DNA of 32,000 nucleotides from Candidatus Odinarchaeia archaeon. GTDB lineage: Archaea; Asgardarchaeota; Odinarchaeia; Odinarchaeales; Odinarchaeaceae. The stretch covers positions 1 through 32,000 of the forward strand of contig JAHQXC010000004.1 of NCBI GenBank assembly GCA_029856525.1, written 5' to 3'. Shown piece after piece: positions 18,301 to 25,305 of the stretch; the first letter of the stretch is position 1, and each line of letters begins with the position of its first letter. The notes beneath the pieces were generated by a model, which worked only from the letters and a program-made list of their open reading frames with translations, did not search any database and was not told the DNA's origin. The translations under genes and the position numbers were made by a program.

Positions 18301-18914
18301 TCTTGAATAACACGCTTCTAACAACTTTATATTTAGACACATCTATTAAATTATTAGAATGGGTTATACCTGAAAACACTCCAAACGGTCCTATAACAGT
18401 TTACGGTGTTCTAGTGGCGAGTGTTAACTCAAATTATTCACCCGCTACTTTAACAGTTCAGGTGGTTGGATTGCAATTAACAGGCGAGTATATTATTATA
18501 ATTATAGGGTTTGTAATAATTATCGGAGTGAGCTCTCTAATTTACTTTATAGTTAAGAGGAGGAGAAGCGTTTACAGGGGGCCTAGAGAATTAGATTTGA
18601 GCAGTCAGATAAATAGACTTCAACAATATATTAGAGATGGGAAATCGAGAGACGGATTACTGTTCATGTTTAACCTGCTTGAGCAACTAATCTTAAAGAA
18701 ATATAATCTTAAGCGGGGGAATTACCAGACTATGCGCGAATATGCTGGAGAGGTTACTAGTAAAACAGATATAAATTCGAAAGCGCTGTATGATATTCTC
18801 AACATGGTGGAGAAAGCTAAGTATAGTAGGCTTAATATAGGTGAAAACGATTTAGCCCAGGCGATGGCGGACTTCAAACTCCTCTACACTCAACTGACCG
18901 GAGCGGAATTTTAA
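15399..18914 (+). CDS. Transglutaminase-like surface protein with about six Ig-like repeats, N- and C-terminal TM segments and a DUF4129-like tail
   Basis: RYWKMTAYDEYNG.W, G.S..FS.AYAIILRCLNISSRLVYGF, HFWVEVF, WVQFDPTP. Repeated G.L.D..G..L.N..V units. TM segment YIIIIIGFVIIIGVSSLIYFIV followed by KRRR. Confidence 0.85.
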   Translation: MSSTSRLSALLLLALIIGSSVYLYLNRSGFLGFNISQIPYDEIKTQDSRIIFSGNNPETGFDPSAWGEMGDFLANLSYGFYDQLSYPNNLPFTPPLNPLLAPLYLPLMQTILFNVTPANPARYWKMTAYDEYNGENWLKTISTSQPLTQVTAGPLIYQVYINITSQLQGEMLLPIISPEPLIIEDSLNVTSESNLLSQNIRSDLYGSAILSLTFSAPSNSLISYQLTFLPVNLSSMQANSLPPSYTDDRIRQVYLQLPSPRVAYLESNPRLAALVEMFGSYAQSHSVYDTAIQVLGYLSTNYVFDPFASYPGGLDRVEWFLANGRGTSFDFSTAYAIILRCLNISSRLVYGFLPGEQIGDTRVIRGWNVHFWVEVFNPTSTCEDNWVQFDPTPLPADITSVVGGDSQIGDVEYNLILTVENQSSWVTTRGTVFELEVFLTNTTGPMADTNIELYDLTENRLITTGLTGSNGVFTYQYSYNNMDRIGPHLIYALPTSLPLIRNYTVVVVDGATQLSLDVSPTPPENITRGRESLTLTGILTDELTNQPIPNQYVNILFDNIQVATALTDASGRFTYSLTPPLTSIGDIPVRAYFNGVFYYYFSGQILQAVAPSAESYSDEKTVIVVASTTLTTMLNRTAVAPGDWIRIYGYLTFDNRSGYANQPVSVYWSNSSGTILLTSTVTDFTGFYSYDYRVPPGVYGEAKIFAVFTSSDPYVLSSFTDPTIYIGEEKITMLNCSPSILHRGEYTEITGLLTNSSGSSLADRTVIVNFYYMDTMSLAASISSITNETGWFTVNYRIPSFFQPGTYIINCSTTSLAVIASERVYLNVSSSTIIRFEAHPVFIAPGENFSITGLILDDQGSGLTVNLSFYLNSILQYNITALNGGFQIINYTLPFGFSSSTVNLTIQFIGDSFYDSSNLTRQLMVFTSVNVYVNVDPSICSPGQRAIFNISVIDNHGRGVYDRSVNLFLNNTLLTTLYLDTSIKLLEWVIPENTPNGPITVYGVLVASVNSNYSPATLTVQVVGLQLTGEYIIIIIGFVIIIGVSSLIYFIVKRRRSVYRGPRELDLSSQINRLQQYIRDGKSRDGLLFMFNLLEQLILKKYNLKRGNYQTMREYAGEVTSKTDINSKALYDILNMVEKAKYSRLNIGENDLAQAMADFKLLYTQLTGAEF

Positions 18915-20207
18915 TTGAATAAGCCGAGTTTGAAAATAATTCTTTTCACATTTATATTCTTTTTCAGCTTCACTCCTTTAATAATGCCTTTAATAGGAGT
19001 CGGCGGCGTGACAGTCGCAGACTACTCTATTTATAATACTAACTGGAACGGGCTCTCCACGTTTAAAAACATGATTGAACTTGAAGGATACCAGGTTAAA
19101 CCTCTCATCTCATCTTTAAGCTGTATTAATCGAATTAATAATAAATCTGTTTTATTTATAATCGGCCCCTCCACTTTCTATGACAGTCTTTCAGCGCTTG
19201 CTTTAGTTGATTACCTTAATAAAGGCGGTAAAGTGATTATCGCAGACGACTTCGGCTCCTCTTCCTCTCTACTATCGATATTAGCGTCTATTATACCAGG
19301 ATTAGGTTTATTTGAAGGAGATCTGCTTTTAGACGCAGGTTCATATGATAAAAATGTTTCTTTACCGGTGATAACCTCTCTCAGCGATCACCCGATTTTT
19401 AACGGTGTGAACGCTATAATGTTAAATTACGCTACGGTTATAAGCGGGGGGATGATTTTTCTAGCCTACACTTCAAGTTTATCCTGGCTTGATGCGAATG
19501 CTAACTATGCTTACGATACAGGTGAAATAGTCGGCCCGTTCCCTGTTATCGCTTCAGCTAGCTGCGGAAACGGAACTATCATCTTAATATCAGATCCATC
19601 TATATTCAACAATGACATGATTAACAGAGCTGATAATCTAAGATTCGCTGTCAACCTTGTTAACTGGGCTGCAGAGTATAATACTTCCACTCTTATAATA
19701 TTTGATGAAGGACATAGAATGGACGTCTCCACGTCAACATTCTTTTTCGGTGTTATATTAGGGGAGGTTAACTGGATTTCAAGCAACTGGCTTATAGCAC
19801 CATTATATCCGTTAATAGCTGTTTATCTTGTGAGATCATGGCTGCCTAAAAGAGAGAAGAAGAAAATCATCTATGAAGCTTCACCTCGCTTTAAAAGCGC
19901 GTTTTCACATAAAATAAGCTGGTATACTCTATCCCAGAACTATAATAAAGCCGTGGATGTTCTCTTCAAGAAATTGAAAAAGGATCTTTTAAAAACCTAC
20001 CACTTAAAAGACTATGATGTCTCTTTAATATCTGAGGCTGTGGCTGTTAATAAACCTGAGATTGAAAGAGTGGAAGTCGAAAACTTTCTTAAAAATCTTG
20101 AAAACATTATTAACAGCGGTAGAATAATAGTTGATAAAGACGTTTTCCTCAAAATTTTCATAGATATAAAAAAATTCAGGGAGAAGGTGGGTTTAAAATG
20201 GTGGTAG
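18915..20207 (+). CDS. DUF4350-like membrane-anchored protein
   Basis: DYSIYNTNWNGLSTF, GGKVIIADDFG, G.IILISDPSIFNNDM, FDEGH. Located in a MoxR operon. Confidence 0.8.
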   Translation: MNKPSLKIILFTFIFFFSFTPLIMPLIGVGGVTVADYSIYNTNWNGLSTFKNMIELEGYQVKPLISSLSCINRINNKSVLFIIGPSTFYDSLSALALVDYLNKGGKVIIADDFGSSSSLLSILASIIPGLGLFEGDLLLDAGSYDKNVSLPVITSLSDHPIFNGVNAIMLNYATVISGGMIFLAYTSSLSWLDANANYAYDTGEIVGPFPVIASASCGNGTIILISDPSIFNNDMINRADNLRFAVNLVNWAAEYNTSTLIIFDEGHRMDVSTSTFFFGVILGEVNWISSNWLIAPLYPLIAVYLVRSWLPKREKKKIIYEASPRFKSAFSHKISWYTLSQNYNKAVDVLFKKLKKDLLKTYHLKDYDVSLISEAVAVNKPEIERVEVENFLKNLENIINSGRIIVDKDVFLKIFIDIKKFREKVGLKWW

Positions 20208-21166
20208 CTGATGAGAAAATAATTGAACAGATCACGGTTGAAAATATTAGAAACTTCAGTAACGCGGTTATAAGAGAGGTTGGTAAAGTTATAGTAGGTA
20301 AAAAAGACCTTATCAGAAATATTCTTATAGCTTTACTATGCCGCGGCCATGTTTTACTTGAAGGTGTGCCCGGTGTAGCTAAAACAGAGCTCGCTAAAGC
20401 TTTTGCGAAAACTTTAGGCTGCGATTTTAAGAGAATCCAGTTCACACCCGACCTTCTCCCCTCCGATATTCTAGGTTCAGTTATATTCGATCAGCAGAAA
20501 GCCCAGTTTTATCTAAGGAAAGGCCCGATATTCACGAACATCCTCTTAGCTGATGAGATTAATAGAGCTCCGCCTAAAACTCAAGCTGCGTTACTTGAAT
20601 CAATGCAAGAGTTCCAGGTTACTATTGAAGGTAAAGCAAATCCTTTAAACCATCCGTTCATGGTTCTAGCTACACAGAACCCGCTTGAACAGGAGGGCAC
20701 CTATCCGTTACCGGAGGCGCAGATCGATAGATTCATGTTCAGGTTAATAGTCGATTACCCTGATGATAAAGAAGAGGTTGAACTGCTTTTGAAAAGAAGC
20801 ATACAAGCATCAGTAGATGTGAAGTCTATCGCTTCACCTGACATCATAGTAGCGTTACAGGAGTATATTAACAAAATCTACGTTGACCCGGCTGTGATCG
20901 CTTACATTAAAGATTTGATTGTTAAGACTAGAAGTGATCCTCAAATCCTTCTAGGCGCGAGCCCCCGCGCTTCAATTGTTCTTTTAAACTCTGCTAGAGC
21001 TCTAGCAGCTATAAGTGGGCGTGAATACGTTATACCTGACGATGTGAAAAACTTAGCGTTTAACGTTTTAAACCATCGTTTAATTTTAAGACCTGAGATA
21101 GAATTAGAAGGCGTCTCTGTTAAAAGAATCATCGAAAGAATATTAGAGTCAACTCCGATTCCTTGA
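20198..21166 (+). CDS. moxR: MoxR-family AAA+ ATPase
   Basis: LLEGVPGVAKT, RIQFTPDLLPSD, LADEINRAPPKTQAALLE, ATQNPLEQEGTYPLPEAQIDRF. Confidence 0.97.
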   Translation: MVVADEKIIEQITVENIRNFSNAVIREVGKVIVGKKDLIRNILIALLCRGHVLLEGVPGVAKTELAKAFAKTLGCDFKRIQFTPDLLPSDILGSVIFDQQKAQFYLRKGPIFTNILLADEINRAPPKTQAALLESMQEFQVTIEGKANPLNHPFMVLATQNPLEQEGTYPLPEAQIDRFMFRLIVDYPDDKEEVELLLKRSIQASVDVKSIASPDIIVALQEYINKIYVDPAVIAYIKDLIVKTRSDPQILLGASPRASIVLLNSARALAAISGREYVIPDDVKNLAFNVLNHRLILRPEIELEGVSVKRIIERILESTPIP

Positions 21167-21181
21167 AAACAGTGGTGTTTT

Positions 21182-22498
21182 ATGTTCACAGGTAGAGGGC
21201 AGGTTTTAGTTTTATCCGGTGTATTCTTTTTAACAGCAGGTTTCTCATTTATAAACTATTATCTGCTCGCAATCGGCGTTATGCTTATATTCGCAGCTGT
21301 CGTTAACCTCCCCTTCTTTAAATTAAAAAAATACAGGGAAAACATTAAAGTGGAGCGTAGTATTAGCAGTGAAAAAGTTTTCGCACTCGACTATCTGCAT
21401 GTAAACGTTAAAATCGTGAACACAGGGGGCGTGATAGATTACCTAGAGTTTTTAGACGAAATCCCTAAGACTTTTAAATTAGTTTTAGGAAGGAATAGTT
21501 TATCCACGTATCTTACAGCTGGTGGTAGAGTAGAATTCTCCTATATCGTTCAACCCCGGCTTAGAGGAGTCTACCGTTTAGGTCCTTCTAAAGTTAAAGT
21601 TCATGACCGCCTTCATTTAAACTCGGAGGAGGCTGTCTTCGAAAACTATTCTGAGATTATCGTCTACCCTCCCTACGATGACATACGCCGTTACGGACAG
21701 ATCGGTCAGAGAAGAATTCTAGGAGTTTTATTCGGAGCCCATAAATCTAAGGATAAAGGTGTTGGAATGGATTTCTTTGGAATTAGAAGATACGATCCTT
21801 CAGATGAACTCCGCTGGGTTGACTGGAAGGCTACAGCTAGAACAGGTAAACTTATGAGTCGAGAGTACGAGACTGAAAGAAATATTAAGATTATGATTCT
21901 CTTAGACTCTTCAGCCTCAATGTGTTCAGGTGACTTAGAGAATAATAAATTCGAGTATTCTATAAGAGCCGCTGTTCTACTCTCTCAAATCGCGTTAAGC
22001 CGGAGAGATGAAATAGGTTTAGTAGCTTATAGTTCGAAGATAGATGTTTTCATAGAGCCTAAAAATGGTAGAAGACAAATATTCCGGATTTTAGACGCTT
22101 TAGCGCGTTTATCACCTTCCGGTTTATCTCAAACATACGCTGCGGTTAAGTACACAGTTAACCGGCTTAGAAAGAACGCCTTCTATATTATGTTAACAGA
22201 TTTGGAGGGTTCTTCTAAACCATTATTAGAGGCTGTTAAGCTTATAAAAGCCCGCGGCTCAGAGTTGTTGATCATATCCCCTTTCACCCCATGGTTTGAA
22301 GCCGAATTATATAGTTCACCTGTCGAAAAAGCATTGTCTGTAGCTGTAGCCGAGGAGCTTTATGAAAATAGGGAGAAAGTGATCTTCGAGTTAAATAAAT
22401 ACCAGGTTCCAGTTTTAAACGTTGGACCTGAAGACTATATTCCCACTATTATGTCAGCTTATCTTAAAGCTAAGAGAAGAGGGGTCGGCTTAACTTAA
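21182..22498 (+). CDS. DUF58 / VWA-like MoxR partner protein
   Basis: RGVYRLGP, IRRYDPSDELRWVDWKATAR, MSREYE.E, LLDSSASM (MIDAS-like), TD. Confidence 0.92.
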   Translation: MFTGRGQVLVLSGVFFLTAGFSFINYYLLAIGVMLIFAAVVNLPFFKLKKYRENIKVERSISSEKVFALDYLHVNVKIVNTGGVIDYLEFLDEIPKTFKLVLGRNSLSTYLTAGGRVEFSYIVQPRLRGVYRLGPSKVKVHDRLHLNSEEAVFENYSEIIVYPPYDDIRRYGQIGQRRILGVLFGAHKSKDKGVGMDFFGIRRYDPSDELRWVDWKATARTGKLMSREYETERNIKIMILLDSSASMCSGDLENNKFEYSIRAAVLLSQIALSRRDEIGLVAYSSKIDVFIEPKNGRRQIFRILDALARLSPSGLSQTYAAVKYTVNRLRKNAFYIMLTDLEGSSKPLLEAVKLIKARGSELLIISPFTPWFEAELYSSPVEKALSVAVAEELYENREKVIFELNKYQVPVLNVGPEDYIPTIMSAYLKAKRRGVGLT

Positions 22499-22507
22499 GG
22501 TGGGTTT

Positions 22508-23566
22508 ATGAGTAGAATAGTATATTTGTTCAAGATTCTAAGTATTCTAATCGCGGTGGTGCTACTCTCCCTTATAATCACGCATGTTAAAATAGATGTT
22601 TGGCGTGTTGAAGCCCTCCCAACAGTATTATACCAATTAAGCGCTTTAATTAGATACGGATTCGGTTTAGTAAATTATTATTCTACAATATCTTTTATCA
22701 GAATGTTCTCTCTTCTAACCTCCTCTTTTAACAGTGAGCTAAGCCAGGCTTTAACTCAACTATCCTCTCATTACTATGATATTATCTGGGGCGCGCACTC
22801 TCTAACCCCCCCTTCTATAATCTCTGTTTTAACGAATTTATACTATTTAAGCTTCCAGATAATATTAGCAGCCGTCAGTGTCTCACTGATATTATTTACT
22901 TTTAGAAACCGTTTAAAATACATATTCATCATATTTCTCGGGTTAAACAGTATCATTATCCTCGCAGCCTTACAGGGAAACGCATTAATCGGTTTAACAT
23001 CTTTAACCGGTAACCCTCTGATATTTCTCATAAACCCTGTATTCTCGTTAACAGTCCTATCATACTATTACTTGGAAGTCTCTTTCACATGCGTGCACGT
23101 CAACGAGCTTTTTAAAGAAAACATCAAGCTCAGCGAAGAAACTTTGAAGAAGCTTGCCAACGCTAAAAACGCTAACGTTGAAAACCAGTATACTACCAGT
23201 GAAATCAAGGGTGTAAAGAGCGGTAGAGTCGATTTATTCAAGCTATCCGCGTTCATAGAGAAATTGGAGCGTGATAACCCAGATTTCAGCAGGCTGATAA
23301 GCGGGGAATCCATTATTCCAAATGCGAGAAAACTGGTAAGCGACTTCATTGTTAAATCAATTCTACGGGTGAGTTTGATTATAACACTCACATTTATATG
23401 CGTTAACCCCGCGCCATTACTGGCTTTAATAGGGTCTAGAGCACTTGTTGAGAGCGTTGAATTTATAACACCTGAAATAGCGATTCTTCTACTACTGCCT
23501 TTAGCATTATTCTTCCCGATGATTTCACTGATAATCGACTACCGGAAGCGTAAACGTGAACAATGA
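22508..23566 (+). CDS. Polytopic membrane protein of unknown function (last gene of the MoxR operon)
   Basis: Several hydrophobic segments. 9 nt downstream of the DUF58 gene with a GGTGG SD. Confidence 0.7.
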   Translation: MSRIVYLFKILSILIAVVLLSLIITHVKIDVWRVEALPTVLYQLSALIRYGFGLVNYYSTISFIRMFSLLTSSFNSELSQALTQLSSHYYDIIWGAHSLTPPSIISVLTNLYYLSFQIILAAVSVSLILFTFRNRLKYIFIIFLGLNSIIILAALQGNALIGLTSLTGNPLIFLINPVFSLTVLSYYYLEVSFTCVHVNELFKENIKLSEETLKKLANAKNANVENQYTTSEIKGVKSGRVDLFKLSAFIEKLERDNPDFSRLISGESIIPNARKLVSDFIVKSILRVSLIITLTFICVNPAPLLALIGSRALVESVEFITPEIAILLLLPLALFFPMISLIIDYRKRKREQ

Positions 23567-23665
23567 TCTAACCGTCTTTAAATAATATTTATCAATATAT
23601 TCGCCTTAAACTAGCTTTAAATAACTGGACACCAATTATATTTTTGATTACTTTGAAAAATAGGG

Positions 23666-24406
23666 ATGTTGGAAATGGTTAAAATCTCATACTCTAAAAA
23701 AGTCTCTGTAGAGGACCTTACCAGATTGCTTAGAGAGCTTATCAGTGTCGCGGAAAAGAAAAACACATCTATAACAGTGGAGGGTATACCTGTACCTTTA
23801 TCGTTGAATAAAATCTTAGAGCTTGAATTAGAGCTTGAAATAGGCGAAGAGGAGAGTGAACTTGAACTATCCCTCACATGGTCTAAAAGCGAGGGTGTTG
23901 AAACAAGTAAAGAGATGGCTGAAGCTATAGAAAGATTCGAGGAGTCGCCTCACGTGGAGGTTGAGGCTCCTACTCTTAAAGTATCTGAAAATATCGGCAA
24001 GATTCCAGAACCCGTATTAGAGGAGAAGGATATAGCCGGTGAACGTATCGGATTAGAGGAAAAAGAAGATTTAGATGTTGAAAAAAAATTGGAGGAGGTT
24101 ATATCAACTTTAACCTCTGAAAGCATATCTGAGACAGGGCGAGAGGAGGATATAGATTTTAAACCTCAAGGTAATCTTTTAAAAATTTCAGAAGAGCAGG
24201 CTTCAGCAAGCGAATTAAAATTTGAGATCCCAGAGTATAAGCCAGTTGAAGAGTCCACTTCAACATTAGAGTTAGAGAAACCGGAGCGGGAAATTGAGAA
24301 AACCGAGGTTGAAGTGAAAGAGGATAATTCAACTGAAGAGCTTGAAAGAATTTTGAAAGCTTTAAAAGAGAGTCGGTTAACAGGAGAGGAAGGTAGAGAG
24401 CAGTAA
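23666..24406 (+). CDS. Amphi-Trp-like domain protein with long acidic tail
   Basis: N-terminal VSVEDLTRLLREL...LELELELEIGEEESELELSLTW pattern, then about 170 aa Glu-rich low-complexity sequence. Confidence 0.65.
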   Translation: MLEMVKISYSKKVSVEDLTRLLRELISVAEKKNTSITVEGIPVPLSLNKILELELELEIGEEESELELSLTWSKSEGVETSKEMAEAIERFEESPHVEVEAPTLKVSENIGKIPEPVLEEKDIAGERIGLEEKEDLDVEKKLEEVISTLTSESISETGREEDIDFKPQGNLLKISEEQASASELKFEIPEYKPVEESTSTLELEKPEREIEKTEVEVKEDNSTEELERILKALKESRLTGEEGREQ

Positions 24407-24485
24407 ACCATTAAAAATATATTTTAGTTTTTCAACCTCTATCTTCGGGCCCGTAGCGAAGCCAGGACATCGCGCAGCCCTCCGG

Positions 24486-24497
24486 ATGATAGGGGGG
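24486..24497 (+). other. tRNA intron at canonical 37/38 position (12 nt)
   Basis: ATGATAGGGGGG. Exon CUCC (32-35) pairs with intron GGGG, with 3-nt bulges GGA on both strands (relaxed BHB). Confidence 0.85.
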
Positions 24498-24519
24498 AGG
24501 CTGAATTCACCGGTTCGAA

Positions 24520-24535
24520 TTCTATGAGACGGAAA
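24520..24535 (+). other. tRNA intron at non-canonical T-loop 59/60 position (16 nt)
   Basis: TTCTATGAGACGGAAA. UUCG (54-57) pairs with intron CGGA, bulges AAU on both strands, inner helix UCU/AGA, outer helix is the T stem. Removal gives TTCGAAT. Confidence 0.82.
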
Positions 24536-25064
24536 TCCGGTCGGGCCCGCCACGTTTAAAACCGCATGCTTTTATAAATTCATCGTTATCGACAGGTGTT
24601 ATAACAGCTGTGAGAGCACCCTCCTGGTATATTTCAAGTAGGTTTCTATCTCTTATTAATGCGGTTATTATCTTATCTCCGCTGCTTGCAAGCAGCGCTA
24701 GCTTCCTCTTAGAGGTTAATTCGTCTACCTTCTTGATCGCGGTAACTTTCTCTAAGGGTATTATTTTTTTCTCCAATCCGTTTTCTATTATAATCTGTTT
24801 CTCGGTTACAGCTAATCTTATAAACTTATATTTAATGTGAAAATAACCTCCTAAAGCTATTATAACGACGCCTATCGCTATAGAGAATAAAAGATTATAG
24901 AGTGATACTTCAGGAAACGGCATAAGAAAGTACACTACAGGGATAAGTGTGAAACCTATAATAATTAAAGGCAGAGATCTACGCCAGCTTGAAACTTTTA
25001 TTCTATCCTCATATATGAGATCTCTCTCGCATACTTCTCGATCACGTTTCAACGCATTTTCCAC
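24522..25064 (-). CDS. Membrane protein with two TM helices and a PH-like (bPH) C-terminal domain
   Basis: Two hydrophobic helices, then LAVTEKQIII...IPLEKVTAI pattern. Likely start is TTG at 25052 behind an AGGTGG SD. Confidence 0.65.
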   Translation of the reverse strand: MENALKRDREVCERDLIYEDRIKVSSWRRSLPLIIIGFTLIPVVYFLMPFPEVSLYNLLFSIAIGVVIIALGGYFHIKYKFIRLAVTEKQIIIENGLEKKIIPLEKVTAIKKVDELTSKRKLALLASSGDKIITALIRDRNLLEIYQEGALTAVITPVDNDEFIKACGFKRGGPDRISVS

Positions 25065-25305
25065 CTAGATCATTGTGAGAAGTCCTCCTTAAAGGAGGGG
25101 ATGTATCGCAGTAAAACTAGTTTATAACAGTTATTATTTAAGTATTTATTTGTCTAATATATAATGACGTCATTGTACTTTAAGACTTCTTCTTTGAAAG
25201 GGAAAGGTAGTTGAGAAAATAATAAATATAATAGTGTGTTATTATTATCGCCGGACGGTTTTATATAACCGGTGAATAATTTTTACCTGTTAACGGTGTT
25301 ATGTT

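Larger units (their letters stand above)
24447..24552 (+). tRNA. tRNA-Arg(CCG) with two introns (37/38 and 59/60), CCA encoded
   Basis: Acceptor GGGCCCG/CGGGCCC, D stem GCGA/TCGC, anticodon stem CAGCC/GGCTG with CT-CCG-G, T stem ACCGG/CCGGT, discriminator G and CCA at 24550-24552. Confidence 0.92.

Noticed and set aside
25062-25073. In-frame ATG ATC TAG GTG upstream of the PH gene as possible amber readthrough
   Set aside because: AGGTGG at this spot is simply explained as the SD for the TTG at 25052, and there is no pyl machinery in the window.
25184-25215. GGTAGTTGA resembling an IS605 right end
   Set aside because: The preceding hairpin is weak and the match is short enough to be chance.
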